Position numbers and translations under genes: made by a program. The notes under the pieces are model-generated. The model was not told the DNA's origin and searched no databases. It saw only the letters and a program-made list of their open reading frames with translations. A stretch of 44,411 bases of DNA from Cirrosporium novae-zelandiae (taxonomy: Eukaryota): NCBI GenBank assembly GCA_026023565.1, contig JAPETS010000081.1, positions 1-44,411 of the forward strand. Reading direction: 5' to 3'. Below, in pieces: positions 22,649-33,036 of this stretch (within the stretch, counting starts at the first letter, position 1; every line of letters begins with the position of its first letter).

Positions 22649-23067
22649 TCAGCAAGGAAAATTCGGAATAAGTCTACAGGACCACTCGACAATTTGACCA
22701 TCTCTATCACAAACATTGGAACATGTCAGCGCCGTGCAGCATTTGTTGTATTCTGGACAGTTGGGATCGTCTTTGAAGCAGCAGCCTGAATCTCCGTAAC
22801 CTTTGCAGTCTTGGATGTGGGGGCCTTGGAAAACTATTACGAGTTTAAGAGGGTTGGTGTTAGGGATTTGTGATTCAATTTCTGGATTATGTCGAGTGTG
22901 TGGAAAGGTGTTTAGGATTTCAATAGGGAAATGGGGAAATTGGAGAGGGCAGACGTACAGCTGTATTGTGAAGCTAGCATATCTTTGAATGCGGTGCCCA
23001 CGACGGCAGCTTCAATGTGGGAGATATAAGGTAATGCGAGGGCAGATAAAAGGTAAGTGACCTTCAT
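22649..23067 (-). CDS. Small secreted cysteine-rich protein, 97 aa, 10 Cys; 2 exons (23067-22959, 22833-22649); absent from ORF track
   Basis: MKVTYLLSALALPYISHIEAAVVGTAFKDMLASQYSFFQGPHIQDCKGYGDSGCCFKDDPNCPEYNKCCTALTCSNVCDRDGQIVEWSCRLIPNFPC*. Intron 22958-22834 (GTACGT...CCTAAC...TAG) keeps frame. Signal-peptide-like N-terminus. Confidence 0.85.
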
Positions 23068-24018
23068 TCTGTTTTCTTTTTCGCGGCAGGAAAGAAGGGT
23101 TTCTTGAATAATGGAGAGTTATAAAAATAGCGGTAATATCAATTTCCTTCAGGTTTGTTGAGGGGAAATGGCTGAAGATAATAATCACCAGAAGAAAGGA
23201 TAGACTGGTTCCCTTTTATACTTATGACACATGAGGGGATTCAAGGAAAGCTTCCACATTCAAGGTGGCGGCTTGTCTCATGAACTCATACCTACCGCTT
23301 GTCGGGTATTCAATTTTCGACTGGGTTAAGCAGCATCTCTTTTTACCTAAATTTAGCCTCCTGTAGTCTATAATTCTCTTGGAGGCGTCGCTTTAATATA
23401 AATTTCTGCACCTGCACCAGGTTCGAAAGTCAAGGAACCTAAGGATCGCCATTGTCAAGGATCGGGACACGATAGGCTATCCGCAGAAGCAACCGAAGCA
23501 ATTGAAACAAACAAAAGGCAACATAACTAAAGAATCAAATAATAATTTCCATGCCCCTATAGTATGTAATATATGTTGATCGATATGCTTCTTTGATTAT
23601 AAATTTTGAATCGAACGAATAAAAATCCCAGTGTCTTGATATTTAGAATAGATATAAAAAAACATCATCATCAATAAAGTCAACCAGTAACACGACGTTA
23701 CACAAAAAAGCAGCCTACAGTAATTGATGCAGATCAGTTAAGTCATGCAGCATGCACCTCACGAGCTTTAAGTTACAGAGATTTGGTTTTCTAGCTCATC
23801 CAAAAATAGCCAATAAGGTGAATGAATCGATCTGGCCATCAAAGATGGTGTAACAATCCAGACATCTTCCCCGCAATTTTGAGCGAATGTGCTTGATGTT
23901 ATGCAGGGTGATCGGAACCAAGGTGAAACAATATATTCTACTTCCATTCGCCTTTAATTACCAGTTGCATTCCTATACCGTAGAGAGTGCAATATAATCG
24001 AGAGTGGTGTCAGATTCG

Positions 24019-24184
24019 AAGACAAAAGATTAAAGGAGGTCACGAGTAGCGAGGTAAGAAGTCTAGCATAGCTTAGAGACCATATATGGAGTGAGGACTT
24101 GTTACAATAAGATTCTTATAGGGAGCCACATGACCAAAGCGATCCTTGGCCTTTTTCGCCTCAGGCAGAGATTATCCAGCCCAC
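24019..24184. repeat. Copy 1 of a diverged ~170-bp direct repeat
   Basis: Collinear blocks AAGACA / GTCAYGAG / GAGGTA / AAGTC / CATATATGGA / ACCAAAGCSATCCTTG / TTTTCGCCTCAGGCAGA / AGCCCAC shared with 26331-26509. Confidence 0.8.
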
Positions 24185-24399
24185 AAACTCCACCCACCTC
24201 ATATTTCTCACATCTCACCTATTTCAATACAACACTAAAGCTTAATTCAATTATATCTTGATTTGATTAAGATATGCAGCAGGGATGAGATATCAGGAAC
24301 GATACTCTTGGTTTTCTTTTGTAAGAAACTGCTTATTCTAGCTAATCGACTACGTCATCCATTTACGTATCCATCTATCCATCCATATCCGCCCCGACA

Positions 24400-25600
24400 A
24401 TGTCAACTGAGGAGCAAATGCAGCAATTAATACATGTCTATTTGCCTGACAGCACCCTACAACTCACACATATACATGCATACATATGATATAAATTCTC
24501 CATGGAATGGGTGATCGCCTCCCCCTCCCTATCAACAAAATTCCTTCATCTCTATTCCCTTATCCCATTTCTTTTTTGATCCCGCCTTCCATCTTTCAAG
24601 GAATTACCAATCCAGGTTATCTTCCCTAAGAAAGCCTTTCTTTCTTTTCTTTTTTTCAGAACGCTTCATTTCGTTTCGTCTTCGGAGCCCTCTGTCCAGC
24701 TCTTCTCCTAGGCAACAACATATGCCGCCACAGCCACCTATATCCGCATTCTTCATATTCATCGGGGGGTACGGTACTATCCAAATGGCCACTAACAAAT
24801 CTAAAAACAAAAAACATACAACAGTCGGGATTCGCTGGTCGTCACCGACCCAACTACTAACCAACCGGTCTGGAAGTTATGTCTGGCAGAGCGGACGGGA
24901 TGCCCAGTTCTTTCCAGCCTATGACCGTATGTGTTAGATGGTGCTTTTGAATTGATATATATGTGCATATGTATGTGTTTTGGGTTTGTTGGGGTGGGGT
25001 TGTGGCAAAAGGAGGGAGGAAAAGAAGTGAATTTTGTGAATAGGGGGTTTGGTATATCGTTGTTAGTGTATGCGTGCATGTGTTACGCTTCAACCAGACC
25101 GACCCGATATCCTAACTATACTACTACAGGCGCGTGATCTCGGGCTTCGGCGTTGGCATGGTTTACATACACCACGGTGCCTGTCTATGTACTCATACGT
25201 GGGGGAGTTACTCCCCAGAGGCCTATTATTCATAGGGTTCTTCCAACTTATTCCTCATGGCCAACACCGCATCACCAGAAACACTTCCTAGCCACCCAGA
25301 CCCACAGACAACAATAATCTACCTCTCTCATAGCCTCCTCCCACTACGGGTACTACTCCCACTATTCTAGGGTCTCCAGATGTGGATCCACGACGGCGAG
25401 ATCTGCTTACTCTACCAAACACGCATCCGCCACTATGGAATAGCTATCTCAACTCAACCATGCTCACACGAGTCATGAACTACATAGTCAGCAAGATCAT
25501 CTCAGTTACTATTCTCCATGTCTGCTACCGCATCTAGTCCGAACCAATATTCGGGACTTTTAACATTATCCGTACTGCTTTCGCGTATACTATTCCCGAG
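24400..25600 (+). pseudogene. Decayed MFS sugar-porter (quinate-permease-like) pseudogene interrupted by a 5S rRNA gene
   Basis: Fragments in canonical order: FVFGALCP (24675), AFFIFIGG..TIQMAT (~24745-24793), [5S gene], intron acceptor at 25129, RVISGFGVGM, TVPVY, YVGELLPRGLLFIGFFQL, *GLQMWIHDGEI..TRIRHYGIAIST, MNYIVSKI, IFGTFNI..AFAYTIPE (25600). Frameshifts, stops and a large internal deletion. The 5' boundary is weak. Confidence 0.75.
24814..24932 (-). rRNA. 5S rRNA gene, copy 2
   Basis: 119 nt, same as copy 1 except the 5' end (ACATACGGTCATAGG vs ACATACGACCACAGG). Oligo-T terminator and upstream TATATAT. Confidence 0.98.
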
Positions 25601-25976
25601 CTTGGTCTATTTTCTTCTTTTTCTTTTTCTTCTTCTTCTTCTTTGTCTCTTGCTATGACAGATTTTCTGTTCCTTCTCCCTCGGCGAGCAGCTCAGCCTT
25701 CCATATCGATCGTTTCTCATCCATATCCACATCCCTTCTTGCGAAGTAAAGCAAAGCGCCGGTTGTAATAAGACTCTACGTGCTCTCGTTCTGCTTGTTT
25801 GCTTACTTACTCCAATCAGCGTGCGGTATCTGCAATGGTTCTAACTGTAGGTGATGTCAGACGAACCAATCCATAGATAATACTTGACTTTCTAACCCAT
25901 ACCGACTCTACTATAGCCGTAATTCATACCTAGTCAATCCCAAAACCCTAATTTTAGAAAAAAGTAAAAACAAAAA

Positions 25977-26095
25977 ACATACAACAGTTGGTATTCGCTG
26001 GTCGTCACCGACCCAACTACTAACCAACCGGTCTCAAGTTTATGTATGGCAGAGCGGACGGGATGCCCAGTTCTCTTGAGCCTGTGGTCGTATGT
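25977..26095 (-). rRNA. 5S rRNA gene, copy 3 (distinct sequence type)
   Basis: 119 nt; helix II reads CTCAAG/CTTGAG instead of CTGGAA/TTCCAG; oligo-T terminator. Confidence 0.98.
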
Positions 26096-26330
26096 ATTTG
26101 AAGGACGTCCAGAATAGACTTATGATCCCAAGTTGGGGATTGAGAATATGTGGAATGGGGAATGGTGGTGAACGTAGTGAGGGCGAAGGAAGGGTATATG
26201 TCGAGAGGAGATGGATGTGCTGTTTGGGTTTTGTGGCAGGTGAAATAGGGAAGGGTGGTATTGATATAGTGTTGGTGGCTGGGGAGGGAAGTGGGGTGGG
26301 GGGTAAGAAGATTGAGGCGAGGGAGGGGAT

Positions 26331-26509
26331 AAGACATGGGGAGAATTGAAGTCATGAGAAATGAGGTAGAAAGTCCAAAATAGTCCAAGGGGGCATATAT
26401 GGACTGTGAAATAAATCAGCATCAGAAGGAGACAAGGAGACAAGATGCAGTGCCTTCTACTACCAAAGCCATCCTTGTCATTTTCGCCTCAGGCAGATAT
26501 GTAGCCCAC
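26331..26509. repeat. Copy 2 of the diverged ~170-bp direct repeat (upstream of the GNAT gene)
   Basis: Collinear match to 24019-24184. Confidence 0.8.
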
Positions 26510-26691
26510 TCCATCAACAAAACCCCTCCAGAATTACCAACTTCTTTGACCAGACAAACCATTTACTAGTAACATCAACAGTCAACAATGATTACAACGA
26601 CTGAAAAGTATACTAACCATTAGCTCCGAATACAGTGAAAACATAAATAGCAAATTTCTCGTTGCAGAATTCCAGACGTCCCTCTTCGACC

Positions 26692-27420
26692 ATGGCAATA
26701 ACTTTACCAGATGCAACACCAATCACCATTGAGCCTTGCTCTACCCCTTCCCTATTCCTAAAAATTGCAGATGTCCGACGTGCCGTTTTTGGTGTCACTC
26801 CTCTCATGAAACATCTCTTTCAGCAAGACCCTGCATCAGTGGCCACCGAGGCTGATGCTGCTACCGGAGATGAATATCCTTATCAGCGGACTGTCGTAGC
26901 CTTGCTACCTGATCAAACGGTCATCGGCTACGGGAAATGGGATGAATACCTTGAACCGCCAATCCCTTTTCAAGAAGATACCATGGGGAAAGCAGGCAAC
27001 GATCCAGAATTGTACAAAATATTTCCCGCTCCATATAACACTGACGGTGATGGTACTTCAAATCCAGCTCTATTCAATCATTTTATCGCCTGTCTGGCGC
27101 GCATGAGGGAACCACATGTCGCCGGAAGACTCTTCTTTCATGTCACAGTGCTCGGTGTTCATCCAAACTACCAGCGTTTAGGCATTGGGAAAGCAATGTT
27201 AGAACATATTCTAGAACGAGCAGATCAAAAAGGGACAGATTGTTATATTGAGGCCAGTCCGGAGGGTCTAGGGTTATATAGAAAAATGGGTTGGGAGGTT
27301 ATTGGTCAAGTGATTATTGACCTAGAATCGTGGGGTGGCAGGAAGGGAGTACGGATAACTAGGACAGGAATGCTGCGGAAACCAAAAAAATTATGTCTAG
27401 CAGGAAGGACTTCAAAATAG
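26692..27420 (+). CDS. GNAT-family N-acetyltransferase, about 242 aa
   Basis: Acetyl-CoA motif A VLGVHPNYQRLGIGKAML, motif B CYIEASPEGLGLYRKMGW, and VIGYGKW. First ATG at 26692. Confidence 0.9.
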   Translation: MAITLPDATPITIEPCSTPSLFLKIADVRRAVFGVTPLMKHLFQQDPASVATEADAATGDEYPYQRTVVALLPDQTVIGYGKWDEYLEPPIPFQEDTMGKAGNDPELYKIFPAPYNTDGDGTSNPALFNHFIACLARMREPHVAGRLFFHVTVLGVHPNYQRLGIGKAMLEHILERADQKGTDCYIEASPEGLGLYRKMGWEVIGQVIIDLESWGGRKGVRITRTGMLRKPKKLCLAGRTSK

Positions 27421-27859
27421 GATGTTCTCCTGATTAAAATACCACAGTATCACAGCGAGCCGAGGTTGATCTAGAGGTATATTGTACTCCACTAACCGAT
27501 ACCTAGAATTGTTTGTTTGTACAACTTTACTAAATAATACCCAGATACATGTATCTATCACGATCTTCTCTCTCTAAATGATAGGACCTCTTCCCACAAC
27601 TTTATTGCATTCTTCCACTCGACAGTTGTTACCAAGCCAGCAAGGACTACTAATTTTCTACTTACATCTACCAGTCGTCATAATAGCACAAACACAGAAC
27701 ATGTATCTACCCCACATCTATCGTACCCCGCAGTATGACGGATCTCCTCCAGAGTAAATATAAGCGGCAGTAGCAGCAACAAGGAGCAGTCAAGCACACA
27801 AAAATCAAGTCGACCGATCCCAAACATCCCTCAACTTACCTACTAGATACATCATCATC

Positions 27860-29160
27860 ATGACTGCTGAACCATTAACAATGCTAGCGATAAGCTACGA
27901 GGGGCCTTTCAAGGTAGCCGTCAAAGAGGTACCTCAGCCAATTCTCGAACACCCTGACGATGTCATCGTGAAGGTTACCACAGCCGGCATGTCCATACCA
28001 GAGTCGCAAAGCACTCTATCTACTAACCAATCTTCCCAGCCATCTGCGGCTCAGACCTCCACATGTATCAAGGACGCACAGCCGCTGAACCCGGCTTAAC
28101 CTTTGGTACGTATCAACCCACCAGCTACAAATCCCACACCCTCTAACCACGCCCACCAGGCCACGAAAACATGGGCATAGTCACTACCGTCGGAAAAGGC
28201 GTAACCCTCCTGAAAGAAGGCGACCGAGTCGTAATGCCCTTCAACGTAGCGGACGGTCGGTGCCGAAACTGTGAAGAAGGCAAAACCGCCTTCTGTACAG
28301 GCGTAAACCCCGGCTTCGCAGGCGGGGCCTACGGCTACGTATCCATGGGCCCATACCGAGGCGGCCAAGCCCAATACATCCGCGTGCCCTACGCAGATTT
28401 CAACGCACTCAAACTCCCCCCCGGAACCGCGCACGAAAAATCTTTCGCCCTCCTCGCCGACATCTTCCCAACCGGCTGGCACGGGCTCACGCTCGCGGGG
28501 TTCCAACCCGGCGAAACAGTCGCGGTATTCGGTGCCGGGCCCGTCGGCCTCATGGCAGCTTACTCCGCCGTCCTCCGCGGGGCCTCACGCATCTTCGTCG
28601 TGGACCGCGTGCCAGAACGTCTCGCAAAAGCGAAGCAAATCGGCTGCGACGCCATTGACTTCTCCAAGGGCGATCCCGTGGACGAAATCCTGCGCCTCAA
28701 CGGCGGCGAGGTCGACCGCGCCATCGACGCCGTAGGCTACCAAGCCCAAGCCCCCTCCACCTCCACCTCACCCGGAAAAGAAACAGAATCCCCCCACGAA
28801 AAAGCAAACACGGTCCTCGAATGGTGCATCCGCATCGTCCGCCCCACCGGCGGAATCGGAATCCCAGGCCTCTACGTCCCCTCAGACCCCGGTGCATCCA
28901 GCTCATCCTCAAAGCAAGGTCTTCTCACAATCCCCTTCGGGAAGCTATTTGAAAAGGGGTTGAGTCTGGGTACGGGCCAGTGCAATGTCAAGGCTTATAA
29001 TCGGTATTTGAGGGATTTGATTATTGCGGGCAAGGCGGATCCTAGCTTTGTGGTTAGTCATGAGGTTGGGTTTGAGGGGGTGGTGGGGGCGTATGAGAGG
29101 TTTGATCGGAGGGTTGAGGGGTATACGAAGGTGCTTTTGCATCCGAATGGGGGTTTTTAG
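27860..29160 (+). CDS. Zn-dependent MDR dehydrogenase, glutathione-independent formaldehyde dehydrogenase-like; 3 exons (27860-27986, 28040-28105, 28160-29160), 397 aa
   Basis: VTTA-AICGSDLHMYQGRT...FG-HENMG, PFNVADGRCRNC...C, GGQAQYIRVPYADFN, LLADIFPTG (Asp catalytic-zinc ligand), FGAGPVG, GIPGLY, GTGQCNVKAYNRYL. Confidence 0.92.
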
Positions 29161-30083
29161 ATGGGTTGGGGGGAAGTGGGGGGGGGGGTGTATATAGTAT
29201 TGTTGGTGTTGACTCGAGGTGTGAGGTGTGGTATATCTATTTATCTATATCTATATCGTTCCTAGGATTCATATGAAATTACCTATCACAGATAAAGGGA
29301 TCTAAGAGAAAAAAAAAAAGAACGGGGGAAGCTAAAAGAGATTAGAGCATTGTGTGGAGAGTATACGGGGGAGGGTGGGGGGTGTATAGATATAATATTA
29401 TCTGCATTGACTCTCAGTGTGGTCATTCCATATCCATATCCATATCCATATATATACCTATATCCCTCCCAAACCCACACAAAACCATCCATCCATCCAA
29501 TCTATCTCCTACAAACAAACAAAGCCCCCCTAAAAGAAAAAGAAAAGAAAAAGAAAAATAACAAAAGAGGTCCAAAAAGGAAGGATTTTCTATATTTATA
29601 TCTATGTACGGAATATCTATACCACTTCATCTAAGCTCTCAGAGCTGTATGCATGTCTAGATGCCTAGATACCCAGATACCCTATGTCCAGGGAAGGAAA
29701 CCGCGGCATTAATAGCTAGCAAAGAGAAATGGGGGGGGGGGTGGGAGAATAGGAGGGAGAAAGCTAGGCTAGATAGTTAGAGTTGGTTTTTTTTTTGGTT
29801 TTTTGGTTTTTTTGGTTTATATATATATGTTCGTATTTTGGATATGTTATTATGGGATTTTTTATGGATTTTTATGAGTGAGGGCGTCTTTATGATACGT
29901 ACGAGTGGAGACTGAAGGCTGTGGAGGCTATACAGTGGTTTGCTATTGTACTGTGCCTACACTATGCGTACCGAGATTTTTGATCTTTGATCTTTGATAT
30001 TATCATCTTGTCATTTGTGCGGAGAAGTTCAAGATTCAAGATTCATGTTCAACCTTGGTTATGTATATATATATATGTGTGTG

Positions 30084-30087
<4 letters not shown>

Positions 30088-30121
<34 letters not shown>
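30088..30121. repeat. (GA)n microsatellite
   Basis: Perfect GA run preceded by TA and TG runs. Confidence 0.95.
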
Positions 30122-30123
<2 letters not shown>

Positions 30124-31199
30124 CTCCTATATAGATATAAATATACCTAATTAGGTATCTATAGAAGAACCCCAGGATAGAGAGGAGATTTTTCTTTCTG
30201 GGATAGAATTTTTTTTGAGAAGAGGAGATGAGAGATAGGGAGTTACTGATTAATTCTTTAGGGGGTTTGGTTAAGTAGTCTTCTAGGATGTTTGCTACTG
30301 AGTATACGCATTAACTTTACTATATAATATCTCTAATTCTCGTTCGACCCCCCCTTTTTCGCTCCTCCTAGGGACAGATCCAATATCGAAAAAAATGTTA
30401 GGACGATTCTACTTATTTATTTACTTCATCAAATGTATTCTTAAAAGGTTATAGATTTTCTTTCCCTTTCTAGCTGGGGGTGTTCTTTGATATCTATCGG
30501 ATTTCAGATTTCGGATCCTGGGGTCCCGGATATTTGTATGTGTATGCTCTTTTTGCATTCTGGGCTTTAGGTTAGAGTTGAGGTTGAGATTGAGGGTATT
30601 TGTGGTGTTGTACTTGCTGGCAGCACTGGAATGGAGGTGGCATTTGTTGCCTAAATAGGCTGGTCTGGAATCGGGTTGAGTAACCCATCTATCTATCCAT
30701 CCATCCATCCATTCATCCATCCATTCATAGACCACAGCGTCTACTGTGGAAGCCCCCATTCCAGGAAAGCAACATCGAGCGACCTGTGAGATACTGGCAT
30801 TGACTTGATGTGCTTTGGAGGGTGTTTCGTAATCAATTAGGGCAATCCATATTTCTAGTGATAGGCTTGGAAGGAATTGTATGGTCTCACTTCGCGGTCT
30901 TTCAGGATCGTTATTGATTTTCCTGCTGTCGAGAGAGAGAGAGAGAGCTTATGGGCCTCCAAGAAGTGGTGATTTGTTGCTTTCCTGAAAGTAGTCTGAA
31001 AATCGTATGGCTTTGGATCTGGTAGAGTTTATAGTTTGTTTTAGGTGGTTAGGTGGTTAGGTAATTTGAAGGTACGTGTTAGCTTAGGGTATCTAGTTTG
31101 GGGCCTCGGTTTCCTCCCTTGTCCATGCACCTGTTATCAAAAAATTTCATCCTTTTGCGTTTCTGCTATCTAGTAGGAGTTGGTTATAGCCCTTCCGTT

Positions 31200-32350
31200 T
31201 TAGGGTCTTGATCTCTTTCTCGGTAAATCCATCTCCTCTGAGCCTCTAACGAAATAGAGCTAGAGATATCCCTCAGTGAGACTCATCTTAGTTTTTGGTA
31301 AGTTTTCCCTTCCTTTAACTCTCTTCGAGTAATCCTCTAGTGAGACCTTTCCTTCTGGGGTCTCACATCATTCACCAGAGGCAAGTCGGTTTTCAAAGTC
31401 AACTGAACAGGATGCTGATAGGATAAAGGATCGCTGATGATGGGGAGAACCGCCTTAAACGGTGCACCTCTCAGTCGCGATACTAGCATTTCTCCAAATT
31501 CAACAATAAAAACATCATAGTCTGAGGGGCTGTCGTCACACCTCCTGCCTTTTATCCGTACGGCAGACGACAGCCTTGTGGAAGCCTCGAAGCTGGCTGG
31601 TACAGAACGATTTTGCTATCGTATTTTCAAAGTGACACCATTGAAGAGGACTCGTAGCTAGCCTCACCATCATCAAAACCGTCCACAGCGAACGCGACCC
31701 AAATATGATAGTTATCTGGCGCATGGAGCAAGTAGCGAACTATTGAGAGTAGTTTGAATTCGTTCAGAAGATTGCAATAATATTGTGAACCATTACATAG
31801 GAAGTCAAATTTGATACTTGTAGGTCTCGTTGTTTTTAGATACTGGTGGGATTTTTTAGTGCTGCGATTGGCGGTCAAATAGATCGGTGAGTTTGCTTTA
31901 CGTGAGCCGTCACACAGAATCTTAACGGGGGTGTTGTTCTGTGGGGCCGGGACTGAACCGAGCCCATAGTTCAAATCATGACCTAAAAAAGAAAGACTTA
32001 TTTGGATTTTGACTCAAACTGAAAATGAAAACGAGTTCTATAACCTACGCGTGATGATTTGATGTTTGCGTTAGGAAAGTTGTATCGGTTTGATATTGTC
32101 CGAATTCATTGTAATAATTTATGGAGAGTCAGGGTTCCAAGGATGTGATGCGCTCGTAACGAAAGATGTGTGTAGATGATATCATAGCGATTTATGATAT
32201 GTAAATGCAACGCTTCAGTTCATTGCATGGACTTGGGAATATTCAAGAGGGTAGGGATTATGGGTGGAAGGAGTGTAGGGGTATGCGAGAAAGGTTAAGA
32301 AACAAGAAGTTGTGTCTCTGGATGTGTAAAGCCATGTTGAGCTGTACATC
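31200..32350 (-). pseudogene. Possible decayed protein-coding gene
   Basis: Same-strand chain of protein-like frames (TSCFLTFLAYP; RYDIIYTHL; the 115-aa ORF 31627-31974; PSDYDVFIVEFGEMLVSRLRGAPFKAVLP). One plausible intron (GTAGGT...TTTAG at ~32050-31983) and in-frame TAA stops. Confidence 0.25.
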
Positions 32351-32995
32351 ATTTTCTGGAAGATACTAGTGATAATTAGGGAGGTTGTAATAGAATGGGA
32401 GATCACTTAGGCGAGGATACGCTATTCAATCGAGAAAAGGAGATGACCAATAGAAAGTATCAAGGCAATAGTTTTGTCTTAAAACCTTTAGAGACGAACG
32501 ATATCGATTTCTGCTGCTTCAGACACTATTAGCAATAAGAAGCTAATGTCGAATTTTTAAATCTGGCGATCTGCACTTTCAATATTGACCTCCAATTGAT
32601 TTTGTTTGAGGCCATCAGTACCTGGAATATTTTATCAGATGTCCAATTTAAATTTCGACGTGTAGATCAGAAGATGTTCAACAGAAATAACTCGGAAGGC
32701 TGCAGGTCCAAAAAGGGAGAAAAAATGGTTGATATCTTGATATCAGATGTTATGGACCTATTCTCTGCTTGCGTGGACTGTGACGAGGTTAGCCCTAAAT
32801 AGAACGGATTAACTAGTGATGAAGGATAAATGATGTAAAAGGTAAGGTTGATATTTTCCCATCAAGAACATTAAAGTTATCACAAGTCAACCGACTATAG
32901 TAGTACATGTGATTGCGTGTGATAGAGAAGAGAGACAATACCTGGATTGGAATAGGCATGTGAAGACTTCTGAATGAGGAAGAGTAGGGAGGTTA

Positions 32996-33036
32996 AGCAA
33001 TAGCAGCAATAGCAGCAATAGCAGCAATAGCAATAG
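32996..33036. repeat. (AGCAATAGC)n 9-bp tandem repeat
   Basis: About 4 units read directly. Confidence 0.9.

Noticed and set aside
22649..22833. Hydrophobin call for the cysteine-rich protein
   Set aside because: Ten rather than eight cysteines, short loops and polar composition do not fit class I or II hydrophobins
24140..24170. GCCTTTTT resembling U5 snRNA loop 1
   Set aside because: No invariant GCCTTTTAC loop in a proper stem and no Sm site; explained by the 170-bp repeat
24604..25093. ORFs sharing peptides such as ELGIPSALP with ORFs at 26020-26388
   Set aside because: The shared peptides are translations of 5S rRNA genes, not a protein family
32620..32960. Possible spliced 42-aa ORF (MPIPIQ-STQAENRS...) on the minus strand
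   Set aside because: Splice signals are plausible but the peptide has no features; insufficient support
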